64,000 nt of DNA. Origin: a virus. Positions 56,856 through 64,000 of this stretch are shown here, one piece after another (the first letter of the stretch is position 1; every line of letters begins with the position of its first letter). Position numbers and translations under genes: made by a program. The DNA is taken from the IMG/VR virus record IMGVR_UViG_3300042518_001860, positions 32,717 to 96,716 of that record; one strand, given 5' to 3'. The notes under the pieces were generated by a model, which saw only the letters and a program-made list of their open reading frames with translations, was not told the origin of the DNA and did no database searches.

Positions 56856-57485
56856 TTGAAGCCTGTCATGGAGCAAGTTCCCTGCAAGAAACTCTACAGA
56901 GCATCTGACAAGCGCGTTGAGCCTGTGCAGCTTGTGGTTTTACACTGGACGGCCTCCCCGCCCAAAGCTCCCGAGGCCGCCGACCCCGAGCGAATGCGGC
57001 GGTGGCTCGCAGATACGAGCCGACAGCAGTCAACCCACTTCATCATCTTGAGAGACGGGAGCATCATGCAGGCGGCGAGTCTACAAGAACGCACTTGGCA
57101 TGCTGGAGGGGCTTTCTGGCCCTGCCCTCCTACTGTAGGTAAGCCCGGCGGGGTGAACCTCAGGTCGATTGGTATTGACCTGGAGAACGTCGGCTATCTC
57201 TCGAAGAAGCCCCAAGGTAGTGGGTTCATTGATGGCTATGGCGGCACCTATCGTGGCGCCACTCCAGTCAAGGTTGGGCCGCAATTCTTTGAACCTTACA
57301 CCGTACCTCAACTCACCTCCCTCGAGACCCTAGTACTCTGGCTCTTGGAGGAGCTGCCTGTTCTGCGGGATCAAAGCAAGTGTTCACGCTGGGTGGGACA
57401 CAGCAAGATCCAGCCAGGAAAGAGCGACCCAGGGCCGCTGTTCCCATGGAAGCGCCTGGAAGAGTTGATTGATATTCAACCGTGA
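56856..57485 (+). CDS. N-acetylmuramoyl-L-alanine amidase (Amidase_2/AmpD-like endolysin)
   Basis: SD GAGGAGG; VVLHWT; STHFII; WHAG; N..SIGIDLEN; GHS..K.DPG..FPW. Confidence 0.92.
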   Translation: MKPVMEQVPCKKLYRASDKRVEPVQLVVLHWTASPPKAPEAADPERMRRWLADTSRQQSTHFIILRDGSIMQAASLQERTWHAGGAFWPCPPTVGKPGGVNLRSIGIDLENVGYLSKKPQGSGFIDGYGGTYRGATPVKVGPQFFEPYTVPQLTSLETLVLWLLEELPVLRDQSKCSRWVGHSKIQPGKSDPGPLFPWKRLEELIDIQP

Positions 57486-57751
57486 GGTATCAGTCTCGTT
57501 CCACTCTCGTCGGCGGCTTGGACATACCTGGAGTCTGCTACTTTGCAGTGAAGCCCATGCGTTGTGACCACCCGTCAGGGGATTGTCGAGGTTGCCGACG
57601 AGCGGAGGCGGTCGAGGCCATTTGGATTTGTGCTTTCTGCTTCGCGCAGGGGGAGGCCCCCCTGCGCGGAGCGTACTCGTGTGGTAAATGCGAGCGGTGC
57701 CTTCAGGAGCGCATCCTCCTAATGCCGCTATCTCACTCCTCATCCATGTAA
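57482..57751 (+). CDS. Cys-rich hypothetical protein
   Basis: GTGA coupling; several CxxC motifs. Confidence 0.5.
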   Translation: MRYQSRSTLVGGLDIPGVCYFAVKPMRCDHPSGDCRGCRRAEAVEAIWICAFCFAQGEAPLRGAYSCGKCERCLQERILLMPLSHSSSM

Positions 57752-58863
57752 GCCAACCTCGCTACCTCTGCCGAGGCCTTGATGAGGGGGGGAAGAATGT
57801 CTGCTACTTGGAGAGCCTGCTGGCGCCCATCACACAACGCCTTGGCCCGCTTGAGTTCCGAGATAGCAGTCTTGATGACCGTCTCGACCTGGGGATGGGA
57901 GATGATGTTCATCTCCCGAGCGCCCTGCAATCCGACCAGAGACGCATTGAAGAGCTTAGTGATTCCACCCGGTGTAGATCCTTGAGCCTTCATGGCTCGA
58001 GCTCGAAGCTCGAGCAGAGTGGCGTTGACGGACGCCACCACACTATCGGAGAAGCGACGCGGGAGGCTATCTCGCTGCTCCTCCATGGCACGCCTCAACT
58101 CCCGGTTCAGCTCTTCATTGTCCGAGGCCAGATGTACCGCTGCAACCACCTCTGGCAGGTGCAGCAAGTCCACACTATACTCCACCTCGATGCTTGTCCG
58201 GATCACATCGGGCGGCGGAATCATGCGGGTGAACCGAAGGTAGAAGTCCTCGCGAAAGTCTTTGGTAGGGGCAACTCGACCAGCGAAGTCCCCTGCAGAC
58301 TTCCCGCCCTCCACCCAGACGTCACGATGCCCAAGCCAAGCGCGCTCGACGAGCTTGTCGAGTGAGGTCTTGACGGCTTCGAGGTGTTTCGTAGCGTTGT
58401 CTGCGAGGTTGGAGTAGATCTGCTGGAGCCGGCCCTTTCCCTGGTCAAAGGCCCTACGGAATGCGTGGAACGATGTGAGTTCTACGAAGAACCCGCGCTG
58501 TCCAATGACCTTGAAACCATAGTCCCGAGCCGAGCGCCGAATGCTATTCTCAGCCGAGACAATCTCGGAAAGGACCTTCGGCGGGATGAGGCAGAACATC
58601 TCTTTAGAGTCACCGTCCTGCGACAGGCCGGCGTCGCGCAACGTCAAGCGCACGTTCCCACGCCAACGCCGGATGAACGTATCGATCAACACGCCCCGGA
58701 GCAGGGCGGCTCGAATGGCGTTGAGATCAGCAGGGACTTCTTTGGGGCGCACTCCAATGCGGGTCTCGACGTCGTCAAGAATACGCGCAACAGGCGGCAC
58801 GGCAGCCGCGAGACTTACCTGCGGCGGCTTGGCCGGAATGGCGACGGGGGTCTGAATCTTCAT
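57733..58863 (-). CDS. DUF3150-like protein
   Basis: GVLID..RW.G...L...D.G..LIPP..L..R..YGF..G.FV. Confidence 0.55.
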   Translation of the reverse strand: MKIQTPVAIPAKPPQVSLAAAVPPVARILDDVETRIGVRPKEVPADLNAIRAALLRGVLIDTFIRRWRGNVRLTLRDAGLSQDGDSKEMFCLIPPKVLSEIVSAENSIRRSARDYGFKVIGQRGFFVELTSFHAFRRAFDQGKGRLQQIYSNLADNATKHLEAVKTSLDKLVERAWLGHRDVWVEGGKSAGDFAGRVAPTKDFREDFYLRFTRMIPPPDVIRTSIEVEYSVDLLHLPEVVAAVHLASDNEELNRELRRAMEEQRDSLPRRFSDSVVASVNATLLELRARAMKAQGSTPGGITKLFNASLVGLQGAREMNIISHPQVETVIKTAISELKRAKALCDGRQQALQVADILPPLIKASAEVARLAYMDEE

Positions 58864-59492
58864 CGGGAGGCTTCTTTCTCGTGAATGAGGCCCAAGAGGA
58901 CCTCTCGGCTTGCCTTGCGGGGCACCTTGCCACCGAGGCGGCGAAGATAGTCTGCCAACTGACTGCGGCCCATGGCGTAGAGGTCCATGGCGCTCGGGCG
59001 AGTAACGTAACTGTTGATGCTTTTCTCCACGCGGTCAAGCCTATCGTGAAGTTTTTGTACCATTAAGGCCAGGTCCAACATGGCCCTGGACTCGCGACTC
59101 TGTGCCGGCTGGCTCTCGAGCCAAAGGCGTAGGATGCTGTTGGAAAGACGCCGAGGGTCCCCTGGGTATCCACGCCGCTCGTATTCCGCCTCCATGGCCG
59201 GGCGGTCGAGAGCAGCACGGTAAGAGAGGATGACCTCCCGTAGAACCGCCGCCTCGGGTACCCTTAGAGCCTCTGCGGTGTCAACGATTCCCAGAAAGAG
59301 GGTCTCCTTCATGGTGGCCCTCATCGGCCGCCCGCCCCCAGAATCCCCGCCGGGGGGCAGGCCCTGAGCGGCGAGCAGGGGCAGCCCGAACTCGAGTGCT
59401 GCCTCGAGTACCCTGCGCCGCTCTTTGGCTGGCATGGCACGGAGCTCGTCCGTAAAGGCACACTCGGGTGGGCGAAAGACGAGCGTCTTCAC
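58860..59492 (-). CDS. Hypothetical protein with C-terminal HeH/Rho-N-like motif
   Basis: DLYAMGRSQLADYLRRLGGKVPRKASREVLLGLI. Confidence 0.6.
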   Translation of the reverse strand: MKTLVFRPPECAFTDELRAMPAKERRRVLEAALEFGLPLLAAQGLPPGGDSGGGRPMRATMKETLFLGIVDTAEALRVPEAAVLREVILSYRAALDRPAMEAEYERRGYPGDPRRLSNSILRLWLESQPAQSRESRAMLDLALMVQKLHDRLDRVEKSINSYVTRPSAMDLYAMGRSQLADYLRRLGGKVPRKASREVLLGLIHEKEASR

Positions 59493-59743
59493 GAGACCTC
59501 CAGTTGAGTGCCGTACACGACCTTGAAGAAGAACGCCTTGGCTTCGCCCCGCTGCTCACTGGTCACGACCACCTCGTCGATTTGGAAGAGGAGCGAGGCA
59601 ATGTAAGTGTGAATGTCTCCCAAGCGAAGGCGTTCGACGTTGATCTTGGGTTGGCCTGGGAGGTGGTACTGCAAGAGTGCAGCACAGACAAGAGCTTCCA
59701 TATCGTGATAGTTCGCTGTCGTCTGTTCAAGGTAGAGAATCAT
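59489..59743 (-). CDS. Hypothetical protein
   Basis: Coupled at both ends. Confidence 0.6.
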   Translation of the reverse strand: MILYLEQTTANYHDMEALVCAALLQYHLPGQPKINVERLRLGDIHTYIASLLFQIDEVVVTSEQRGEAKAFFFKVVYGTQLEVS

Positions 59744-59976
59744 GCGCGACTTTCGAGACTGACTTTGAGGGTCTTCCCAAGTGCTTCCGCAATCATCCCC
59801 GCCAACCAGAATGACATACCTCTTTGAGTGGTCAAGGCTGCTTCAAGACGCCGTGTGCTCACGCCGATGCTCCTAGAGAGGTCCAAAGTAGTCACACCCT
59901 GGGCTTCCATCTCAGTGAGCAAGGCTTCAGTGGCTTGAATAGTCGCTCGGTAGCCGGCGACGAACTTAGGCTTCAT
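59740..59976 (-). CDS. XRE-type HTH protein
   Basis: MEAQGVTTLDLSRSIGVS..L..IAEALG. Confidence 0.75.
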   Translation of the reverse strand: MKPKFVAGYRATIQATEALLTEMEAQGVTTLDLSRSIGVSTRRLEAALTTQRGMSFWLAGMIAEALGKTLKVSLESRA

Positions 59977-60271
59977 GGGTACCTCTTTCTACAAGGCACT
60001 CTACAAAGTCTCGCGCAAGCTCGAGTTCTTCAATTCTGCGGGCAATCACCGCGGCGAGACTATTGAGGGACTCATTGAGGTTGGCGCCCCGCCCCTCGAG
60101 GCCAGTCTCGCAGTCACGCACGCACACTCGCGCCTCTGCAGGAGCTTGTTGGCTGTACTCGAAGGATGTGTACCATTTCAGGCGGTGGCCAGTCGTTCCC
60201 GGGCCTCGCGGCTGGGTGGCGATAAGGTTGTCCAAGTCCCTGTCGAGATCGTCAATGGTGTAGTCAGTCAT
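59966..60271 (-). CDS. Hypothetical protein
   Basis: ATG60271 with SD AGGAG. Confidence 0.6.
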   Translation of the reverse strand: MTDYTIDDLDRDLDNLIATQPRGPGTTGHRLKWYTSFEYSQQAPAEARVCVRDCETGLEGRGANLNESLNSLAAVIARRIEELELARDFVECLVERGTHEA

Positions 60272-60906
60272 TTTGTCTCCTGAAAGCCGACGCTGAGTCG
60301 GGCGAGTTGCAGCAAGAGGTCGCGGAAAAGAATGGGAGTGGCAAGCCGCTCGCGCTTGCACATTCGCTCGATGGCGTTGTTGACTGTGTATGCACCTCGC
60401 CCACGACGGGCGAGACTGTCTTCGGTTTGCGGTGGGAGCATCATCTGAGACTCCCCCCAAATCAGATCAGGTGGGCGGACGCCAACGGGGGAATGGTATA
60501 TCAACCAAGTCGGCTTCCGAGCGCGGTGCCCGTAGTGGCCCTGTTCGACACAGCAGACCCAAACGTTGGCTCGAGAGTCCATCGCCCATCCCCCACTCCT
60601 GTGAGGTTTTACGATCTGGAAGGCATCCCAAGCCTTTGAGTCTTTCGGGTGCTCCAGTACACCACCGAACTTGAACAGCGCACCAAGGGCGTGTGCGAAG
60701 GCCCCGCCGTCATCTCCGGTCTTGAAGCGGCCGTGATGGCTGGGCCCGCCCTCGGAGTAGCGACCCCAGCGTTCACAGGGCGGATGAGCCACGACGGGTC
60801 CTGGGCCCCAGAACTTTCTTGCATCTCGAGGTTCGTCCCACGGGTCGACGCCCGGGAGGTTGAAGTAGCATCCGTTGGTGGCGACATAGAGCGCGGCAAC
60901 CTTCAT
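60268..60906 (-). CDS. Phage C5-cytosine methyltransferase-like protein
   Basis: VVAHPPC (catalytic PC); VLEHP; GH.ARK.TWL; R..TP..F; no FxGxG motif. Confidence 0.7.
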   Translation of the reverse strand: MKVAALYVATNGCYFNLPGVDPWDEPRDARKFWGPGPVVAHPPCERWGRYSEGGPSHHGRFKTGDDGGAFAHALGALFKFGGVLEHPKDSKAWDAFQIVKPHRSGGWAMDSRANVWVCCVEQGHYGHRARKPTWLIYHSPVGVRPPDLIWGESQMMLPPQTEDSLARRGRGAYTVNNAIERMCKRERLATPILFRDLLLQLARLSVGFQETK

Positions 60907-61253
60907 GGATTCTCCCCTTCAAGGGGGCAGTAGGCATCGTAGAGTTCACCAATGAGAACTTTGCGCTCCTTCTTGCTCATCCACTTGTGGAGGCGCAGAC
61001 TGTCAAATGGCTCTTCTACGCTGCATCCGAAGCTACCCAGTGGCGTGTGCTGAGCCGTGAAGCAGGCGATGATGTTCGACACAGTGGCGAGCTCACCCCA
61101 GGCGGCACTGTACCGCGCCTCCCCTTTTCCAAGGCCGTCCCACAGGAACGTCCTCGGAACAGCATCGCACTCATGCAAGTCGAGGGCGTACTCCACGATC
61201 TTACTGATGCGCTTGATGTATTTCTCTCGGCTCCAGATTCTCATCTGAGTCAT
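60903..61253 (-). CDS. Hypothetical protein
   Basis: ATGA coupling. Confidence 0.6.
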   Translation of the reverse strand: MTQMRIWSREKYIKRISKIVEYALDLHECDAVPRTFLWDGLGKGEARYSAAWGELATVSNIIACFTAQHTPLGSFGCSVEEPFDSLRLHKWMSKKERKVLIGELYDAYCPLEGENP

Positions 61254-61501
61254 TTTCCCTCCACCCTCTCAGCCCGAAGGATCTTGAGTTCTTCGATGAG
61301 AGCGGGCAATTGGTTTCGCGCAGCGGCAATGAAGTGTGCAACAATGAAGTTGTTGACGGGCGGGTGTTGATTGCCGAGCCAGACAAGGCCATTGTGGTCA
61401 GGGCTGGATACCTCTGCACAGTAGTAGTGCGCCTCGCGAGCCTTCCACTCACCTTCCGGAATCATGGTGAGGAGGTGCTCAAGCATTTGCAGATCACTCA
61501 C
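61250..61501 (-). CDS. Ead/Ea22-like protein
   Basis: GEW..AHFIAAARNQLPALIEEL; GTG start with SD GGAGG. Confidence 0.65.
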   Translation of the reverse strand: MSDLQMLEHLLTMIPEGEWKAREAHYYCAEVSSPDHNGLVWLGNQHPPVNNFIVAHFIAAARNQLPALIEELKILRAERVEGK

Positions 61502-61700
61502 GAGAGGACCCTCCTTGCGGGCGAGTGTCGGGGAACCAGCCACGGCGGCAGGGTCGACACTCGTAGGTCCCCCGGACCTCATTCCATTGAGCAGGCAGCT
61601 TGCAGCGAGGGCAGATGTTCTCGGGCTGATGTTCGAGCCCGTTGAGAAGAGTACGTGGAGGGTCATCCTCCAGGCGGCGGCGAACGATAGTGCCAATCAT
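61494..61700 (-). CDS. Small zinc-ribbon protein
   Basis: CPRC..CRPC. Confidence 0.55.
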   Translation of the reverse strand: MIGTIVRRRLEDDPPRTLLNGLEHQPENICPRCKLPAQWNEVRGTYECRPCRRGWFPDTRPQGGSSRE

Positions 61701-61918
61701 GGTGTTGTCTTTCCCAGGTAATTCAGAACGATCCGAAGACCCTTATGGGTCAAGGTGTAGTGACCCTCGTGGTGGACCAGGAGGGCGGTTTCGGTTAACT
61801 GCAAAAGGGTAGCGCGGGTCGTTTCTGTGGATGCGGAGATCTCCTTCTTCAGGACCGCCACCGTGGCGCGAGACGGTGGGAGGCGGTAAATTGTGAGGAG
61901 GAGTGGATGCGGATTCAT
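61697..61918 (-). CDS. Small winged-helix-like protein
   Basis: L..L....LL..HEGHYTLTHKG. Confidence 0.55.
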   Translation of the reverse strand: MNPHPLLLTIYRLPPSRATVAVLKKEISASTETTRATLLQLTETALLVHHEGHYTLTHKGLRIVLNYLGKTTP

Positions 61919-62145
61919 CGCCACTCCACCCAAAGTCGGTGAACGGCCACGCAGTTCTTCGAGAGGTGATAACAAGGCCAACTGCCAATGGTGAGAGATA
62001 GCAGGGAGGAGCCGAAGGTCACTGCGCTGTGCTCCCCATCGGAGAATGTATGTGGGTACCCCTCATCAAGCGAGACGAAGCGTTGTCCATACCTGTCCTT
62101 TCCGGCCAAGAGGATGAGACCAAATGGGAGGCGAAGAAATTTCAC
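61915..62145 (-). CDS. Hypothetical protein
   Basis: GTGA coupling. Confidence 0.5.
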   Translation of the reverse strand: MKFLRLPFGLILLAGKDRYGQRFVSLDEGYPHTFSDGEHSAVTFGSSLLSLTIGSWPCYHLSKNCVAVHRLWVEWR

Positions 62146-62417
62146 TCTTCTTGCTCCATGATGCGTGCAGCGCGCAGGGGTTGACCTCCGGCATAGCACC
62201 GGAAGACAGAGGTGCCTGCACCATGACCTTGGTACTCCTCGGCCAAGTAGGCGTTAACGTCCCACTCTCCCTTCGGGTTGTCCCAGTCGGTCTGACCGCC
62301 AGCCGTGAGGAAGGACTTCCCGACGGTGGTGTTGATGACCTCGAGGGCGCGCGTCCTCCGGTGAAAGCGGCGGATCTGAATCTTCGTCTCGCTGGGCAGC
62401 GTCAGGTACTTGTTCAT
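62142..62417 (-). CDS. Hypothetical protein
   Basis: SD GAGG; ATGA coupling. Confidence 0.6.
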   Translation of the reverse strand: MNKYLTLPSETKIQIRRFHRRTRALEVINTTVGKSFLTAGGQTDWDNPKGEWDVNAYLAEEYQGHGAGTSVFRCYAGGQPLRAARIMEQEE

Positions 62418-62593
62418 TCCTCATCCTTCAAGAAGCGGCGATTGTCTGGATGCTTATAGGCTAGGGTGTCGCAGTGGACCACTTGACAGCGTTCCCCATA
62501 CTTCTCACAGGCCAACTTGGCAGCGACGGCTGAAGCATCTCCGCATGAGAACCATGCGAGGACTCTGCTCTCTTGGAATAGTGGCTGCTGCAC
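62414..62593 (-). pseudogene. Truncated PAPS-reductase/PP-loop family gene (59 aa)
   Basis: Not in the ORF track. Translates MQQPLFQESRVLAWFSCGDASAVAAKLACEKYGERCQVVHCDTLAYKHPDNRRFLKDEE*. Confidence 0.65.
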
Positions 62594-62596
62594 GAT

Positions 62597-63178
62597 TTAC
62601 CCCTCCCCAATGGGACAGTTGGGACAGATCTCGCGAACTCGCGAGATCTGCCATGCCTCTTCCGCCTCCGAATCGGCGGCGGCGCGGGTGGCGGCGTCGG
62701 CGGCGGCGCGGGAGGCGGCGCTGGCGATGTTGGCGGCGGCCCAGGCGGTGTTGGCGTAGGCGGCTTCGGCGGTGTCGGCAGCGGCCCAAACAGAGGCATA
62801 GGTGGCGTAGGCGGCGTCGACAGAGGCGTAGGCGGCGTCGGCGGCGCGGGCGGCGTCGGCGGCGGCGGCGCGGGCGGCGCGCAGCGCCGCCAACCGCGTC
62901 TCCTCACATGGGTTATCCGCCCACGCTCTCGCCGCCGCAATGGCGGCTTCCGCCGCTGGCCGGCCTTCGCCGGCCAAGTGGACAACCCGTTCGGCGAAGT
63001 CCGCCGCAAGGCGGACCGCCATCCGTTTGTGCTCGCCGCCGAGGCGGGCGAGCAACCACAGGGCCCAGTCGGGCCGTGTGTTGTTCTCCCACGCCTCCTG
63101 GGCGTGGGAGAACTGGGCGGCGAATTCGATGGAATTATCGCAGGCCCTGAGGGCCTGCAAACGTTCGATATGGTTCAT
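62597..63178 (-). CDS. Imm5-like Ala-rich repeat protein, array copy 1
   Basis: MNHIERLQALRAC..RPDWALWLL..LAADFAERV..AAIAAARAW; Ala-rich tract; ends EEAWQ..CPNCPIGEG. Confidence 0.85.
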   Translation of the reverse strand: MNHIERLQALRACDNSIEFAAQFSHAQEAWENNTRPDWALWLLARLGGEHKRMAVRLAADFAERVVHLAGEGRPAAEAAIAAARAWADNPCEETRLAALRAARAAAADAARAADAAYASVDAAYATYASVWAAADTAEAAYANTAWAAANIASAASRAAADAATRAAADSEAEEAWQISRVREICPNCPIGEG

Positions 63179-63753
63179 TCTTCTTCTCCCCCAATGGGAC
63201 AGTTGGGGTAAACCTCGCGAATTCGCGAGATCTGCCACGCCTTTTCCGCCCCCAGATCGGCGTAGGCGGCGGCGCGTGCGGCGTAGGCGTCGGCGGCGAA
63301 GGCGGCGGCGTGGGCGGCGTAGGTGGCGTAGGCGGCGTAGGCGGCGGCGCGGGTGGCGGCGTCGGCGGCGCGGGTGGCGGCGTCGGCGGCGCGGGTGGCG
63401 GCGGCGGCGGCGCGGGCGGCGACGTAGGCGGCGACGTAGGCGGCGTCGGCGGCGCGCAGCGCCGCCGACTGCGTCTCCTCACATGGGTTATCAGCCCACG
63501 CTCTTGCCGCCGCGATGGCGGCTTCCGCCACTGGCCGGCCTTCGCCGGTCAAGTGGATGACATGCTCGGCGAAGTCCGCCGCCAGGCGGACCGCCATTAC
63601 ATGGTGCTCACCGCCGAGGGCGGTGAGCAACCACAGGGCCCAGTCGGGCCGTGTGTTGTTCTCCCACGCCTCCTGGGCGTGGGAGAACTGGGCGGCGAAT
63701 TCGATGGAATTATCGCAGGCCTCGAGGGCCTGCAAACGTTCGACGTGGTTCAT
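63175..63753 (-). CDS. Imm5-like Ala-rich repeat protein, array copy 2
   Basis: Near-identical constant regions to copy 1 with a different Ala tract; ATGA coupled. Confidence 0.85.
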   Translation of the reverse strand: MNHVERLQALEACDNSIEFAAQFSHAQEAWENNTRPDWALWLLTALGGEHHVMAVRLAADFAEHVIHLTGEGRPVAEAAIAAARAWADNPCEETQSAALRAADAAYVAAYVAARAAAAATRAADAATRAADAATRAAAYAAYATYAAHAAAFAADAYAARAAAYADLGAEKAWQISRIREVYPNCPIGGEEE

Positions 63754-64000
63754 TCTTCTTCTCCCTCAATGGGACAGTTGGGACAGATCTCGCGAACTCG
63801 CGAGATCTGCCATGCCTTTTCCGCCCCCGGATCGGCGGCGGAGGCGGAGGCGTCGGCGGCGGCGTCGGCGGCGTCGTAGGCGGCGTAGGCGGCGTCGACG
63901 GCGGCGTAGGCGGCGTAGGCGGCGGCGCGGGTGGCGGCGTCGGCGGCGCGGGTGGCGGCGTCGGCGGCGCGGGTGGCGGCGTCGGCGGCGCGGGTGGCGG
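63750..64000 (-). CDS. Imm5-like Ala-rich repeat protein, array copy 3 (partial, start beyond the window)
   Basis: ..ATRAADAATRAADAATRAAAYAAYAAVDAAYAAYDAADAAADASASAADPGAEKAWQISRVREICPNCPIEGEEE*. Confidence 0.85.
   Translation of the reverse strand, partial: ATRAADAATRAADAATRAADAATRAAAYAAYAAVDAAYAAYDAADAAADASASAADPGAEKAWQISRVREICPNCPIEGEEE

Larger units (their letters stand above)
62597..64000. repeat. Tandem gene array, ~575-585 bp period, with internal GCC-based and 21-bp (AADAATR) repeats
   Basis: Homologous positions 63083/63658 and 62631/63215/63790. Confidence 0.9.

Noticed and set aside
62410-63879. Arg-rich, Pro-rich and Gly-rich ORFs over the terminal array
   Set aside because: Alternative-frame readings of the GCC/GGC repeat. 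Only the Ala frame has SD sites, coupling and conserved constant regions.
62597-64000. CRISPR array or classical DGR
   Set aside because: Units are ~580-bp genes, not repeat-spacer units. Differences involve length and word order rather than adenine-only substitutions, and no RT or template repeat is visible in the window.
1-64000. tRNA/rRNA genes, integrase/att sites, alternative genetic code
   Set aside because: None recognised by eye. Genes are full length and tightly coupled under the standard code.

Overview
The window is a 64-kb segment of a large, high-GC (by eye ~60-65%) tailed dsDNA phage with a contractile tail. No capsid, portal, terminase, integrase, rRNA, tRNA or CRISPR was recognised. 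1-32.7 kb (+): head-fibre/neck genes, tail sheath, T4 gp19-like tube, tail chaperone with a likely -1 frameshift, tape measure, and an eCIS/T4-like baseplate (LysM, hub, gp5-like spike, gp25, baseplate J, wedge) with a 1430-aa beta-helix fibre. 32.7-40.5 kb: membrane proteins, RuvC, a motif-degenerate family-4 UDG, an SF2 helicase, an isolated structural-type gene and a small RHH-led operon. 40.6-40.8 kb: a multi-hairpin, tandem-repeat non-coding element that is an origin candidate. 40.9-57.7 kb (+): replication/recombination operon (unknown 515-aa protein, two wHTH proteins, degenerate DnaC-like loader, DnaB, DnaG, gp32-like SSB, PolA, a free-standing splicing-dead intein/LAGLIDADG ORF, RecA, nucleases, Dam) and an amidase. 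57.7-64 kb (-): small accessory genes ending in a tandem array of at least three Imm5-like genes. The array is the most unusual feature: its constant regions are tiled with perfect inverted repeats (one with a compensatory change) that bracket a hypervariable GCC-based coding microsatellite built from shared, shuffled words. All functional calls come from motif recognition by eye; no database searches were run.
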